From an uncultured Candidatus Nemicrothrix sp. (lineage in GTDB: Bacteria > Actinomycetota > Acidimicrobiia > Acidimicrobiales > MedAcidi-G1): 64,000 nucleotides of DNA. How positions within the stretch are numbered: position 1 is the first letter of the stretch; each line of letters opens with the position of its first letter. A program made the position numbers and the translations under genes. Below are positions 28,556-39,113 of the stretch, piece after piece. Below the pieces are notes generated by a model. That model was not told the DNA's origin. It was given only the letters and a program-made list of their open reading frames with translations, and did not search any database. Where the stretch lies: contig CAJXKL010000001.1 in the NCBI GenBank assembly GCA_913055915.1, positions 39,576 to 103,575 of the forward strand, written 5' to 3'.

Positions 28556-30298
28556 ATGGCATCAACCGACGGAGACGAAACCGGTTTCTCAGCCGACGGC
28601 GTGGAGCAGGCTGTGCTCGAGGCCGAGATCACCGAACTCCGCAGGCGCATAGAGGCAGCCCCCGTCCGGATCCAGAAGCTCGAAGCCGAGGTTCGCGATG
28701 TGAAGAGGGACCTTGCTAGCGCCACGTCCCGAAATCACAACTTGAACTCAACCCTTGAGACGGCGCGTGAACGCATTTCCCTTCTGCGTGAGGAGGTCGA
28801 CAAGCTCTCACAGCCACCATCTGCCTACGGAACCGTCACAGGCACCAACGACGACGGATCCGTCGACGTGCACTCAGCCGGGCGGAAGATGCGCGTCGGT
28901 GTGAACCCCGACCTTGCCGGCCTTCTCAAGACAGGCCAGGAGGTCGTCCTGAACGAGTCGATGAGCGTCATCCTGGCAAGGGCAGCTGAAAGCACCGGCG
29001 AGGTGGTGACAGTAAAGGAACTCCTCGATGACGGAACCAGGGCACTCGTGGTCGGCCGAGCCGACGACGAGAGGGTCGTTGAGTTGTCCTCCGGAGTGCG
29101 CGCCGGGTACCTACGCAGCGGCGACTCGGCCCTGCTCGATCCGAGGGCCGGCATTCTGCTTGAACGACTTCCCAGGCCCGAGGTCGAGGACCTGGTCCTC
29201 GAAGAGGTTCCCGACGTCACCTACGGGCACGTGGGCGGCCTCGCACAGCAGATCGAGATGATTGTCGACGCCGTCGAACTTCCATTCCTCCACCGAGCCA
29301 TGTTTTCCGACTACAGCCTGCCCGCACCCAAGGGCATCCTCCTCTACGGTCCACCAGGCTGCGGTAAGACCCTCATCGCCAAGGCCGTTGCCAACTCACT
29401 TGCCAACAAGGTCTCTGAGGTCTCAGGAGACCGCGAGGCACGCAGCTTCTTCCTGAACATCAAGGGTCCCGAACTTCTCAACAAGTACGTCGGTGAGACC
29501 GAGCGGCAGATCCGGCTCGTGTTTCAACGCGCACGCGAGAAATCTGAGCAGGGATGGCCAGTCATCGTCTTCTTTGACGAGATGGAGTCACTGTTCCGCA
29601 CCCGCGGAACGGGCATCAGTTCCGACATCGAGTCCACGATTGTTCCGCAGTTGCTGGCTGAAATCGACGGCGTCGAGACACTGCGCAACGTGATCGTCAT
29701 TGGCGCATCCAACAGGGAGGATCTGATCGATCCTGCCATTTTGCGACCAGGGCGCCTTGACGTGAAGATCAAGATTGAACGCCCCGACGAGATGGCGGCG
29801 AGCCAAATATTCAGCCGTTACCTGGTCGCCGAATTACCGCTCGATGAGGACCTCGTGCAGACAGCAGGAGGAGGCGACCGAGAGAAGGCTGTCAGGTCAA
29901 TGATCGACGAGGCAGTGGCAGCCATGTACGCCGACACCGAGAGCAACCGCTTTCTCGAGGTCACGTACCAGAACGGAGACAAGGAGGTGCTCTACTTCCG
30001 CGACTTCGCCTCCGGCGCAATGATCGAAAATATCGTCCGCAGGGCCAAGAAGTTGGCGATCAAGAGGGAACTCGCCGGAGGTCACCGCGGAATCCGCACC
30101 GAGGACCTCATCCGGGCGGTCCGGCAGGAGTTCAAGGAGCATGAAGACCTGCCGAACACGACCAACCCCGACGACTGGGCGAAGATTTCGGGCAAGAAGG
30201 GTGAGAGGATCGTCTACGTCCGCACCCTGATCTCAGGCCCCGACGAGGACGGCGGTGGTCGCACAATTGACGGTGTGGGAACCGGCCAGTACCTCTGA
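28556..30298 (+). CDS. arc: Proteasome-associated AAA ATPase ARC/Mpa
   Basis: N-terminal coiled coil, Walker [10 protein letters not shown]-terminal proteasome-docking GQYL. Confidence 0.95.
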   Translation: MASTDGDETGFSADGVEQAVLEAEITELRRRIEAAPVRIQKLEAEVRDVKRDLASATSRNHNLNSTLETARERISLLREEVDKLSQPPSAYGTVTGTNDDGSVDVHSAGRKMRVGVNPDLAGLLKTGQEVVLNESMSVILARAAESTGEVVTVKELLDDGTRALVVGRADDERVVELSSGVRAGYLRSGDSALLDPRAGILLERLPRPEVEDLVLEEVPDVTYGHVGGLAQQIEMIVDAVELPFLHRAMFSDYSLPAPKGILLYGPPGCGKTLIAKAVANSLANKVSEVSGDREARSFFLNIKGPELLNKYVGETERQIRLVFQRAREKSEQGWPVIVFFDEMESLFRTRGTGISSDIESTIVPQLLAEIDGVETLRNVIVIGASNREDLIDPAILRPGRLDVKIKIERPDEMAASQIFSRYLVAELPLDEDLVQTAGGGDREKAVRSMIDEAVAAMYADTESNRFLEVTYQNGDKEVLYFRDFASGAMIENIVRRAKKLAIKRELAGGHRGIRTEDLIRAVRQEFKEHEDLPNTTNPDDWAKISGKKGERIVYVRTLISGPDEDGGGRTIDGVGTGQYL

Positions 30299-30363
30299 TC
30301 GGCGTTTCGGCCCGCGTAGGAGCCCAACCACCTGTGACAGGGCAGTACCGCTAGGGTCCGCGC

Positions 30364-31875
30364 ATGCCCGTTCCCAAGACGCTCGGCATCGAGACCGAGT
30401 ACGGGATCGTCCACCGGGGGGTTGACGATCCAAATCCGATCAGCGCCTCGTCGCTCCTGATCAACGCCTATCTGAGCAGGCGCTCCGCACCCGGGGCTGG
30501 ACCCGGATCCCCGAGGGTGGGCTGGGACTTCGTCGACGAGACTCCCCAGAACGACATTCGGGGTTTCAGCCACATCGGATCAATGGCTCCTGAGGTCGAG
30601 ACACACCTCGTAAATGCCGTCCTCACAAACGGGGCGCGCTACTACGTCGATCACGCCCATCCCGAGCTGAGCACCCCCGAGTGCGCCGACGCCATGGCAG
30701 TACTGCGCCACGACCGCGCCGCAGAACTGATAATGATCGAGTCGATGGCGGCGGCAAACGATGTTCTGCCCGCCGGCGAGGAGCTGGTCGTCTACAAGAA
30801 CAACTCGGACGGCAAGGGAAATAGCTATGGCTGTCACGAGAACTACCTGATGGACAGGGCCACCCCGTTCGCCAACATCGTGCAGCACGCCACCACCCAC
30901 TTCGTAACCCGTCAGGTCTTCACCGGTGCCGGCAAGGTCGGAAGCGAGGCACCGTGTATGCCGGAGGGTTCCGTTGTCTTCCAGTTGACCCAACGTGCCG
31001 ACTTCTTCGAAGAGGAGGTCGGCCTCGAGACCACGCTGAAGCGTCCCATCATCAACACCCGCGATGAACCACATGCTGACCCGCTCCTCTACAGGCGCCT
31101 CCACGTGATCGTGGGTGATGCAAACCTCTGCGAGGTCGCAACCTTCCTGAAACTGGGGACTACAGCGATCCTGCTGGCAATGGTCGAAGATGACTTCATG
31201 GACCCCGCACTCCGGGTTGTCGATCCCGTCCGTTCCCTTCAGGCGGTATCCAGGGACACCAGCCTGAGGCAACCACTCATGCTCGGTGACGGCCGCACGG
31301 CGACCGCAGTCGACATTCAGTGGCAGATCCTGGAACAGGCCCAGAAGTACACCCTGCAACGCGGGACAGGATTCACGGGCGGGTCGGTAGCCGACCTGGT
31401 CCTACAGCGCTGGGAGGACGTCCTCGCCTCCCTCGAAGCCAGCCCGTCGGACCTGGTGGGGGTCGTGGACTGGATCACCAAGAAGCACCTCCTCGACGCC
31501 ATGGCTGAGCGACACGACTTGAACCCCGGCGATGCACGCCTCGCTGCACTCGATCTCCAGTACCACGACCTCCGGCCCGAGAGGTCCCTCTTCGCGAGGG
31601 TCGGTGCTGAGACACTTGTCGACACACCGGAGGCGACAGATGCAAAGCAGCAGCCACCCGTTGACACCAGGGCCTACTTTCGGGGCCGCTGCCTGCAGAA
31701 GTGGCCTGAGGACATCGTGGCAGCCAACTGGGACTCGATGGTCTTCGACCTCGGTGAACAGGCCCTAAGGCGGGTCCCCATGATGGAACCGAGACGTGGT
31801 ACCCGCGAGCACGTGGGTACGCTCCTTGACGAGTGCCAAACGGTTGCAGAACTGCTTGACAGGCTGTCCACCTGA
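30364..31875 (+). CDS. dop: Depupylase/Pup deamidase Dop
   Basis: [47 protein letters not shown], and position between arc and pup. Confidence 0.93.
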   Translation: MPVPKTLGIETEYGIVHRGVDDPNPISASSLLINAYLSRRSAPGAGPGSPRVGWDFVDETPQNDIRGFSHIGSMAPEVETHLVNAVLTNGARYYVDHAHPELSTPECADAMAVLRHDRAAELIMIESMAAANDVLPAGEELVVYKNNSDGKGNSYGCHENYLMDRATPFANIVQHATTHFVTRQVFTGAGKVGSEAPCMPEGSVVFQLTQRADFFEEEVGLETTLKRPIINTRDEPHADPLLYRRLHVIVGDANLCEVATFLKLGTTAILLAMVEDDFMDPALRVVDPVRSLQAVSRDTSLRQPLMLGDGRTATAVDIQWQILEQAQKYTLQRGTGFTGGSVADLVLQRWEDVLASLEASPSDLVGVVDWITKKHLLDAMAERHDLNPGDARLAALDLQYHDLRPERSLFARVGAETLVDTPEATDAKQQPPVDTRAYFRGRCLQKWPEDIVAANWDSMVFDLGEQALRRVPMMEPRRGTREHVGTLLDECQTVAELLDRLST

Positions 31876-31908
31876 CGGCCCACTCCGGCCCACCAGCGAG
31901 GAGACGAC

Positions 31909-32112
31909 ATGGCTGAACAGGAACAGCGAAGGCCCGTCCGCGACGGGAGCGAACCGGCGGAGCCCGTAGACGTTGGCGCTGCACAGTCGGCCAGCAGGGG
32001 AAGCGACCGCCTGAAAGGTGAGCTCGATGACCTGCTCGACGAGATCGACGAGGTTCTGGAATCCAACGCCGAGGAGTTCGTGAAGAGCTATATCCAAAAG
32101 GGCGGCGAGTAG
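31909..32112 (+). CDS. pup: Prokaryotic ubiquitin-like protein Pup (C-terminal GGE form)
   Basis: 67 aa. [29 protein letters not shown] matches the Pup consensus and ends in Glu. Confidence 0.95.
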   Translation: MAEQEQRRPVRDGSEPAEPVDVGAAQSASRGSDRLKGELDDLLDEIDEVLESNAEEFVKSYIQKGGE

Positions 32113-32143
32113 CCGACCGCCAGGCCGGGTTAGCCTTCGCAAC

Positions 32144-32947
32144 GTGACCTTTCCCCTCTTCACCCCGTCCGAGGACCCCGGACCCAGCTTCGTGGGCCTG
32201 CTGGCCAGGCTTGGCATGGACCGCGTCGAGTCCGACCCTGGATTCGGCTCATCCAAGGGACTTGAAGGCGTGGCACACGGAACGACCGTGCTCGCCGTCC
32301 GCTTCGCCGACGGCGTGGTGATGGCGGGGGACCGGCGGGCAACCAGCGGTCACCTGATCAGCCATCGCTCAATCGAAAAGGTCTTCCCGGCCGACTCCGG
32401 ATCCGGAGTGGCCATAGCCGGTGCCGCCGGCCCGGCAATGGAGATGGTTCGCCTGTTCCAGCTTCAACTGGAGCACTACGAAAAGGTCGAGGGAAACCCC
32501 CTCAGCCTCGAAGGCAAGGCCAACCAACTGGCCCTGATGCTGCGGTCGCACCTGCCGGTGGCGATGATGGGCCTTCCCGTAGTGCCCCTGTTCGCCGGTT
32601 ACGACGAACAACAGGATCGGGGCCGCCTCTTCCAGTTCGACATAACCGGAGGGCGCTACGAGGAACAGGATCACGCGGCAACCGGCACCGGAAGCCTCCA
32701 CGCCTCCACCGTCATGAAACTCCGCTTCAACGATGGCCTCAGCGCCGACTCGGCCCTCGACCTTGTCATTGAGGCCCTCTTCCAGGCCGCTGACGAAGAC
32801 AGCGCCACCGGCGGGCCCGACATGGTCCGGGGCATTTATCCCGTACTGGCTACCATCACCTCCGCCGGCTTTGAGCGGGTTCCAGACGAAGACGTAGCCA
32901 GCCGCACGATGATGCTCCTGGACCGCCTGACCGGGAGCGACCGATGA
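32144..32947 (+). CDS. prcB: 20S proteasome beta subunit
   Basis: Propeptide followed by HG/TTVLAVRF, which exposes the catalytic Thr. Confidence 0.93.
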   Translation: MTFPLFTPSEDPGPSFVGLLARLGMDRVESDPGFGSSKGLEGVAHGTTVLAVRFADGVVMAGDRRATSGHLISHRSIEKVFPADSGSGVAIAGAAGPAMEMVRLFQLQLEHYEKVEGNPLSLEGKANQLALMLRSHLPVAMMGLPVVPLFAGYDEQQDRGRLFQFDITGGRYEEQDHAATGTGSLHASTVMKLRFNDGLSADSALDLVIEALFQAADEDSATGGPDMVRGIYPVLATITSAGFERVPDEDVASRTMMLLDRLTGSDR

Positions 32948-32981
32948 GCAGCGACAGCGGCCGGGTCGGAGGCAGACGGCC

Positions 32982-33659
32982 ATGACAGTCCCCATGTACG
33001 TGTCGCCCGAGCAGGTGATGAAGGACCGGGCCGACTATGCCCGAAAGGGGATCGCCCGCGGTCGGGCTGCAGTTGCCAGCACCTACAGCGACGGTGTCCT
33101 GCTGTGCGCCGAGAATCCCTCGAACACCCTCCGCAAGGTCAGCGAGATCTACGACCGGATCGGCTTCATGGGAGTCGGAAAGTACAACGAATTCGACCAG
33201 CTCAGGATTGCAGGCGTCCGGCACGCAGACCTGAAGGGCTATTCCTACAGCCGTGCCGATGTTGACGCACGCTGGTTGGCCAACCAGTACGCACAGATTC
33301 TCGGCCAGTACTTCACCCATGAGATGAAGCCCCTCGAGGTCGAGATGCTGATTGCCGAGATGGGGACTGAGCCCGGCGGTGACCGCCTGTTCCACCTGCT
33401 CTACGACGGAACCGTTATGGACACGACCACCCACGTCGTCATCGGCGGAGAGGCCGACGTGATACGGGAGAGGCTGGAGGCCTCATGGGCGTCTGGTGTC
33501 GACCTCGAAACCGCCCTGGGTGTGGCGGTGGATGCACTCGCCGGACCCGACAGGACGCTCTCTCCTGATGATCTCGAGGTGGCCGTGCTTGCCAGGGACA
33601 ATGGCAGGCGGGCATTCCGGCGCCTCGAGGGTGAGGCACTCGCCGCACTCCTCGGCTGA
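32982..33659 (+). CDS. prcA: 20S proteasome alpha subunit
   Basis: [28 protein letters not shown], 225 aa. Confidence 0.93.
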   Translation: MTVPMYVSPEQVMKDRADYARKGIARGRAAVASTYSDGVLLCAENPSNTLRKVSEIYDRIGFMGVGKYNEFDQLRIAGVRHADLKGYSYSRADVDARWLANQYAQILGQYFTHEMKPLEVEMLIAEMGTEPGGDRLFHLLYDGTVMDTTTHVVIGGEADVIRERLEASWASGVDLETALGVAVDALAGPDRTLSPDDLEVAVLARDNGRRAFRRLEGEALAALLG

Positions 33660-33672
33660 AGGCAGGCGACCC

Positions 33673-35031
33673 GTGGAGCGTCGCATCTATGGGATCGAGA
33701 ACGAGTTCGGCGTCACCTGCACCCTCGACGGTCAACGTCGCCTAAGTCCGGACGAGGTGGCGCGATACCTCTTCCGCAGGGTGGTCGACTGGGGTCGAAG
33801 CTCAAACGTGTTCCTCGTGAACGGAGCACGCCTCTACCTCGATGTCGGCTCCCACCCGGAGTATGCGACACCCGAATGCGACTCGGTTCACGATGTCGTC
33901 ACCCATGAGAAGGCCGGGGAGCGCATCCTCGAGCAACTCACAAGTTCAGCCCAGGAGCGCCTACGCGAAGAGGGAATCAACGGCGAGGTTTTCCTCTTCA
34001 AGAACAACACAGACTCGGCCGGCAACTCTTACGGTTGTCATGAGAACTACCTGACCACACGACGTGATGACGGAGCTGAATACGCCGAGACCCTCATTCC
34101 GTTCCTGGTCAGCCGTCAGATCTACACGGGTGCCGGGAAGGTTCTCCAGACGGCGCGTGGAGCCACGTACTGCATCAGCCAGCGGGCCGAGCACATCTGG
34201 GAGGGTGTCTCCAGCGCCACAACCCGATCACGGCCGATCATCAACTCGCGAGACGAACCACACGCCGACGCCGAACGTTTCAGGCGACTCCATGTGATCG
34301 TCGGTGACTCCAACATGAGCGAGTACACGACCTTCCTGAAGATGGGAGCCTGTGGGATCCTCCTTCGAATGCTGGAGGAGCCAAACGTGATCCTTCGCGA
34401 CATGACCCTCGAGAACCCGATCAGGGCCATTCGCGAGATCAGCCACGACCCGACATGCAGACGAACTGTGCGCCTGGCCAATGGACGCGAGTTGTCCGCC
34501 CTCGACATGCAGACGGAGTTCCTTGAACGTGCACTCAGGTTTGCAGAACACCGTGACATGAGTGCCGAGGAAGCCATGGTTCTCGAGATGTGGCAGCACT
34601 GCCTCGAGGGAATCGCCAACGATCCGATGGACCTCGTGGCAGAGTGTGATTGGGTCGCCAAGAGGCACTTGATCGATGGCTACATGGGACGTCACAACCT
34701 TCCCCTTTCGGATCCTGTAGTGGCCCTGGTCGATCTGCAGTACCACGACGTCGACCGTCGCAGGGGCCTCTTCTACCGCATGCAGGACAGGGGCCTCATG
34801 GAGCGGAGCACCACGGACGCCGCTGTCGAGGAAGCCATGGCAAATGCTCCCGTTACCACCCGGGCAAGGCTCCGTGGTGAGTTCATCAAACGTGCCAAGG
34901 AACGCAAACGCGACTACACCGTCGACTGGGTGCACCTGAAGTTGAATGACCAGGCACAGCGAACCGTTCTCTGCAAGGATCCGTTTAAATCCCAGGACGA
35001 CCGGGTCCAGAAACTCATCGACTCACTCTGA
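33673..35031 (+). CDS. pafA: Pup ligase PafA
   Basis: [52 protein letters not shown] 33673 removes the artefactual overlap of track ORF 33496 with prcA. Confidence 0.93.
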   Translation: MERRIYGIENEFGVTCTLDGQRRLSPDEVARYLFRRVVDWGRSSNVFLVNGARLYLDVGSHPEYATPECDSVHDVVTHEKAGERILEQLTSSAQERLREEGINGEVFLFKNNTDSAGNSYGCHENYLTTRRDDGAEYAETLIPFLVSRQIYTGAGKVLQTARGATYCISQRAEHIWEGVSSATTRSRPIINSRDEPHADAERFRRLHVIVGDSNMSEYTTFLKMGACGILLRMLEEPNVILRDMTLENPIRAIREISHDPTCRRTVRLANGRELSALDMQTEFLERALRFAEHRDMSAEEAMVLEMWQHCLEGIANDPMDLVAECDWVAKRHLIDGYMGRHNLPLSDPVVALVDLQYHDVDRRRGLFYRMQDRGLMERSTTDAAVEEAMANAPVTTRARLRGEFIKRAKERKRDYTVDWVHLKLNDQAQRTVLCKDPFKSQDDRVQKLIDSL

Positions 35032-35063
35032 GAGCAGGCCTGCCCCGGGCCTAGGCTGCCGGT

Positions 35064-35987
35064 GTGAAGAAGTTGGAGCGGATGCTCAACCTGGTAACTG
35101 CGATGCTTGCGACCGAACGGCCTCTCAGTCGACAGGAACTCCGTTATCGGGTTGGCGCCGGCGCCTACTCCGACAACGACGAAAGCTTCAGGCGGACTTT
35201 CGAGCGGGACAAGGAGGAACTGCGGTCAATGGGCCTGCCGCTGTCCCTTGAGCCGGTTCCCGGTACCGATCCACCAGTGGATGGCTACCGGATACGCCCC
35301 GGTGACTATGAGACCGACCTGCCGTCACTGACCCCCGATGAACTGGCGGCCCTGCACCTTGCATCCAACCTTGTGCGCCTCAGGGACGCCCCCAGGTCAG
35401 ACCCCTTCTGGAGGCTCGGAGGGATCCTCCAAGTCGACTCACCCGATGTGGGAGCCGTAGCCGAAGTGCCGGCAGGCGAGGCCGTCAGGCAACTCATGAC
35501 AGCCACGGCGGAGCGGCGTATCGTGACCTTCGAATACAACGGCCGGAACCGGACCGTGGAACCACACAGCCTTGTCTTCACGCGGGGCCGCTGGTACCTC
35601 GCTGGCCATGATCAAGGGCCCGCCGGGTCAAGGCAGTTTCGGGTAGATCGGATCGACGGTTCGGTTGTAGCCGGTGAGGCCGACGGGTTTGCAAGGCCTG
35701 GGGATCCTGTCGAGGTCAACGTCCAGCCGGCGTGGCGCTATGGGGAGGACCAGCTGCTACTGGCCCGCCTCCTTGTCCACGAGCGCCATGTCCCGTGGAT
35801 GGTCGACTTCCTCGGTGAGGAGGCAGTTCTCGACCGCATGGAGGAGGGATCGGTCATCGTCGGGGAATCGGTAAGGAATCGTGCCGCCTTCCGGTCCTTT
35901 GTTCTGACCTTTCTCGACGGTGTCGAGATTCTCGGCCCTGAGGAACTCAGGAGCGACATGGTCCAGTGGCTCGAGGCACTTCGATGA
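35064..35987 (+). CDS. pafB: Proteasome accessory factor B (HTH-WYL regulator)
   Basis: N-terminal wHTH (MKKLERMLNLVTAML), WYL-type core, position after pafA. Confidence 0.85.
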   Translation: MKKLERMLNLVTAMLATERPLSRQELRYRVGAGAYSDNDESFRRTFERDKEELRSMGLPLSLEPVPGTDPPVDGYRIRPGDYETDLPSLTPDELAALHLASNLVRLRDAPRSDPFWRLGGILQVDSPDVGAVAEVPAGEAVRQLMTATAERRIVTFEYNGRNRTVEPHSLVFTRGRWYLAGHDQGPAGSRQFRVDRIDGSVVAGEADGFARPGDPVEVNVQPAWRYGEDQLLLARLLVHERHVPWMVDFLGEEAVLDRMEEGSVIVGESVRNRAAFRSFVLTFLDGVEILGPEELRSDMVQWLEALR

Positions 35988-36937
35988 CCATCCTCACCGC
36001 ACTTGAGCGGCTTCGGCGACTTCTGGCAGTGATCCCGTGGGTGGTTGAACGCGACGGCCCGCTCATCGATGAGATCGTCGAGAGGTTCGACTACCGCCGT
36101 TCTGAGCTGCTCGAGGACCTCGAGCACGTTCTGTTCTTCGTCGGTGTCCATCCGTTCACCCCAGACTGCCTGATCGACGTGTCCGTTGCCGAGGGACGGG
36201 TCTGGATCCGGTACGCAGACTGGTTCCGGAGGCCCATGCGCCTTGGCGCCGCCGAGACCATCGCCCTCTACGCCGCCGGCCGTTCGGTGGCAGCTATCAC
36301 TGACGACGACGAGCTGGGACCGCTGGAGCGTGCGCTCACGAAGTTGGCGAGTGGCATGGCTCCGGGTGACGACAGGGCCGTGGAGGTGTGTCTTGGACCG
36401 GATTCCACCCACATGATCGACATCATCCGGGCAGCTGTCACGGATCGGGTTTCGGTCGATATCGACTACTACTCGTATGGCAGGGATGTGGCCGGAGCAC
36501 GTCTCGTGGACCCCTACAGGTTCTATGCGGACAAGGGCCACTGGTACGTCACCGGCCACTGCCACGAGGCAGGCTCCCAACGGGTGTTCCGCCTCGATCG
36601 AATCAGCCGCTGCGAGCCGACCTCTCTCACGTTTGACGGTCCGGACGCAGCCGAGGAGGTCGTTGACCACATACCAACCGATGGACGCCTCCCCGAGGTG
36701 GTGGTGGAACTTGCCACAGAAGCGAGGTGGGTGGTCGAGGAATACCCCCACAGCGGAGTTGAGGAGATCTCCGGCGGCAAGGTGCGCGTGTGCCTGCCGG
36801 TGTCATCGCCACAGTGGCTGGAGCGGCTGCTGTTGCGCCTCGGACCGACTGGGGTGGTGGTCGAGGCACCCGAGGGGCTCGGCATTGAGGTCCGCTCAGC
36901 TGCTGCCAGGCGCATTCTCGCCGTGTACGGGGTTTGA
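35984..36937 (+). CDS. pafC: Proteasome accessory factor C (HTH-WYL regulator)
   Basis: ATGA overlap with pafB at 35984, a paralogous WYL architecture, GHWYVTGHCH motif. Confidence 0.85.
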   Translation: MTILTALERLRRLLAVIPWVVERDGPLIDEIVERFDYRRSELLEDLEHVLFFVGVHPFTPDCLIDVSVAEGRVWIRYADWFRRPMRLGAAETIALYAAGRSVAAITDDDELGPLERALTKLASGMAPGDDRAVEVCLGPDSTHMIDIIRAAVTDRVSVDIDYYSYGRDVAGARLVDPYRFYADKGHWYVTGHCHEAGSQRVFRLDRISRCEPTSLTFDGPDAAEEVVDHIPTDGRLPEVVVELATEARWVVEEYPHSGVEEISGGKVRVCLPVSSPQWLERLLLRLGPTGVVVEAPEGLGIEVRSAAARRILAVYGV

Positions 36938-37941
36938 GCGCCACCGCCGGGGGGCACACGGGGGCTAGGTTCGGCACCGTGGAAGGTGATTTCAGAGACG
37001 GCGGTGATGAGAAGGCGGCCGACGACGCATGGGCGGACGAACTCATCGAAAGGGCGAGGGCCAGGACCGCCGGTGACACACCAGGGCCCGTGGCCGGGCA
37101 GGCGCCACCCTCGCCTGCGGCCGGGACCTCCCAGGGCATCCCGGATACCCCGGCGGCTGTTCCCGCAGCGCCTGCAGCACCGGAAGAGCCACTGGAGCGC
37201 CGGCCACCCCTCGTGACGTTCGAGGACCTGCATGGTTCGTCTGGGGCCTTTCCCGCCCTACCAGCGGAACAGACACCCGAAGCAGTTCCGGAATTCACCC
37301 AGCAGGTACCAGCCGGGCCGCCAGCACAGAATCAACCGGATCCCATGCGCCAGGTCGATCTGGGAATACCCGGTCCTGCAATCAGCATCCGTAAGGCGGC
37401 CGTCGAGTGGGGGAGCGTCATCGTCGGAGCGCTGGTGATGGCCCTCCTCGTGAAGGCCTACCTGTTCCAGGCCTTCTACATCCCTTCGCCGTCGATGGAA
37501 CCGACCCTTGGCAACGGCGACCGGATCATCGTCAACAAGCTGAGCTACAGGCTGCATCAAGTCAACAGGGGCGACGTCGTGGTCTTCGAGGCACCACCGG
37601 GCGCCGTCAACGGCGTCGAAGACCTGATCAAGCGGGTGATTGCGCTACCGGGCGAGACCATCAGTGCAGAGGCCGGACGGCTCCGAATAGATGGTGGCCT
37701 CCTGTTGGAGCCCTACCTGGTAGCCCAGGACCTGACATCCGGGTTCACCCTCCCACCCGGATGCCTGAACCCGTCCGGTACTGCCGACACCTGTCTGGTG
37801 CCACCAGGCCACGTGTTCGTTCTCGGCGACAACAGGACCAACTCCAAGGACGGTCGTTTCTTCGGGCCGATTCCAGAGGACTCGATCCTCGGAAGGGCGT
37901 TTCTGCGCGTCTGGCCTCTCGGCGACATCGGTCGCCTCTGA
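36934..37941 (+). CDS. lepB: Signal peptidase I with a long Pro/Ala-rich N-terminal extension
   Basis: SPSMEPTL (catalytic Ser), KRVIALPGE, GDNRTNSKDGR. TTG start overlaps the pafC stop, but the true start is uncertain. Confidence 0.85.
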   Translation: MSATAGGHTGARFGTVEGDFRDGGDEKAADDAWADELIERARARTAGDTPGPVAGQAPPSPAAGTSQGIPDTPAAVPAAPAAPEEPLERRPPLVTFEDLHGSSGAFPALPAEQTPEAVPEFTQQVPAGPPAQNQPDPMRQVDLGIPGPAISIRKAAVEWGSVIVGALVMALLVKAYLFQAFYIPSPSMEPTLGNGDRIIVNKLSYRLHQVNRGDVVVFEAPPGAVNGVEDLIKRVIALPGETISAEAGRLRIDGGLLLEPYLVAQDLTSGFTLPPGCLNPSGTADTCLVPPGHVFVLGDNRTNSKDGRFFGPIPEDSILGRAFLRVWPLGDIGRL

Positions 37942-37999
37942 GGCTGCTCAGCGACCATTGCCCAGTTCTCCAACAGGTGCTCACCGGTAGGCTGACCAG

Positions 38000-38350
38000 A
38001 TGGGCAATCTGGGAGGCAGTGAGGTTCTCGTCATCCTCCTTGTCGGGCTCCTGGTTCTGGGGCCAACGAGGTTGCCCGAGATGACCCGCCAGATCGGTCG
38101 CGTCCTGCGAGAGGTGCGGAGGATCTCGACCGGATTTCAGGATGAACTGCGGGCAGCGGTGGAGGACCCGGGACGCGAGCTGGAGGCAAGGGCCAGGGGA
38201 GATGCCCTGACTTCCGGGAAGCCGCCGCCTTCGACTGCAGGGAACCGACCAGATTCACCGACGGCGGACACGGACGACAAGGGTGAGCCAGAGCCCGGAG
38301 CCCACCCTGACCCCGAAACACCCAAAGCGACTGACATCACAGATGCCTGA
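38000..38350 (+). CDS. tatA: Twin-arginine translocase TatA/TatB-family subunit
   Basis: MGNLGGSEVLVILLVGLLVLGPTRLPE followed by an amphipathic helix. Confidence 0.85.
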   Translation: MGNLGGSEVLVILLVGLLVLGPTRLPEMTRQIGRVLREVRRISTGFQDELRAAVEDPGRELEARARGDALTSGKPPPSTAGNRPDSPTADTDDKGEPEPGAHPDPETPKATDITDA

Positions 38351-39113
38351 CAAGACCCCCGGAACGATGTCACTCGTGTCCCATCTTGAAGAGCTCAGGA
38401 AGCGGCTGCTCATAGCTGTGCTGGCCGTCGGCACGGGCGCTATCGCCTGTTGGTTCCTCTACCCCCAGATCCTCGACCTGTTGCTCCAGCCCTACTGCAG
38501 CATCCGCGGAGAAGCAGGTCCGGACGCGGTGTTCGGCAGCGGATGCGAGTTGCTTGTGACCGATCCGCTGGAGCCCTTCACGGTACGGCTCAGCGTCGCC
38601 GGCTACGGCGGCATGGCCCTGGCTATGCCCGTCCTGCTCTGGCAGGTCTGGCGCTTTGTCGTGCCCGGGCTCTACTCACGTGAGCGCCGCTGGGCAATAC
38701 CCTTCATACTGTCCGGCCTGGTCCTGTTCGGAGCCGGTTGCGGCCTCGCCTACTGGAGCATACCGAGGGCACTTGAGTTCCTCGTTGACATCGGCGGTCA
38801 AGACCTGGTGAGCGTCTTCTCTCCTGCCAAGTACATCAGCTTCGTCGTCAAGATGACCATGGCGTTCGGCATCGGCTTTGAGTTCCCACTGATTCTGGTA
38901 TTTCTGCAGTTGATTGGAATTCTCACCCCAGATGCGCTTCGACGTGCACGTCGTTACGCCATTGTCGGGATCGTCGCCCTGGTTGCGATCCTGACCCCCA
39001 GCGGAGACCCCATCACTCTTCTGATCCTCTCAGGGCCCATGTGGATGTTCTATGAGGTTTCGATCCTGATCGGTGCGCTGCGTGAGCGCCGTCGCAGGCG
39101 CGCCGAAGGGTGA
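38346..39113 (+). CDS. tatC: Twin-arginine translocase subunit TatC
   Basis: HLEELRKRLL and six TM segments. ATG 38346 overlaps the tatA stop; ATG 38367 is an alternative start. Track ORF starts at 38283. Confidence 0.88.
   Translation, partial: PDKTPGTMSLVSHLEELRKRLLIAVLAVGTGAIACWFLYPQILDLLLQPYCSIRGEAGPDAVFGSGCELLVTDPLEPFTVRLSVAGYGGMALAMPVLLWQVWRFVVPGLYSRERRWAIPFILSGLVLFGAGCGLAYWSIPRALEFLVDIGGQDLVSVFSPAKYISFVVKMTMAFGIGFEFPLILVFLQLIGILTPDALRRARRYAIVGIVALVAILTPSGDPITLLILSGPMWMFYEVSILIGALRERRRRRAEG

Noticed and set aside
33496-33672. N-terminal extension of the PafA track ORF that overlaps prcA. The same kind of extension occurs on the LOG gene (16705-17160), the ClC gene (11789-11893), tkt (22262-22297) and the NUDIX gene (45609-45716).
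   Set aside because: These extensions overlap neighbouring genes and look non-protein-like. Internal ATG/GTG starts give canonical N-termini and classic 1-4 nt overlaps.
35738-36751. 337-aa minus-strand ORF. Similar long antisense ORFs occur at 39977..40990, 24041..24907, 52850..53872, 12405..13139 and 34228..34935.
   Set aside because: Each lies opposite a confidently identified gene (pafC, helicase, dacB, hydrolase/gltD, glcD, pafA) and shows off-frame amino-acid composition.
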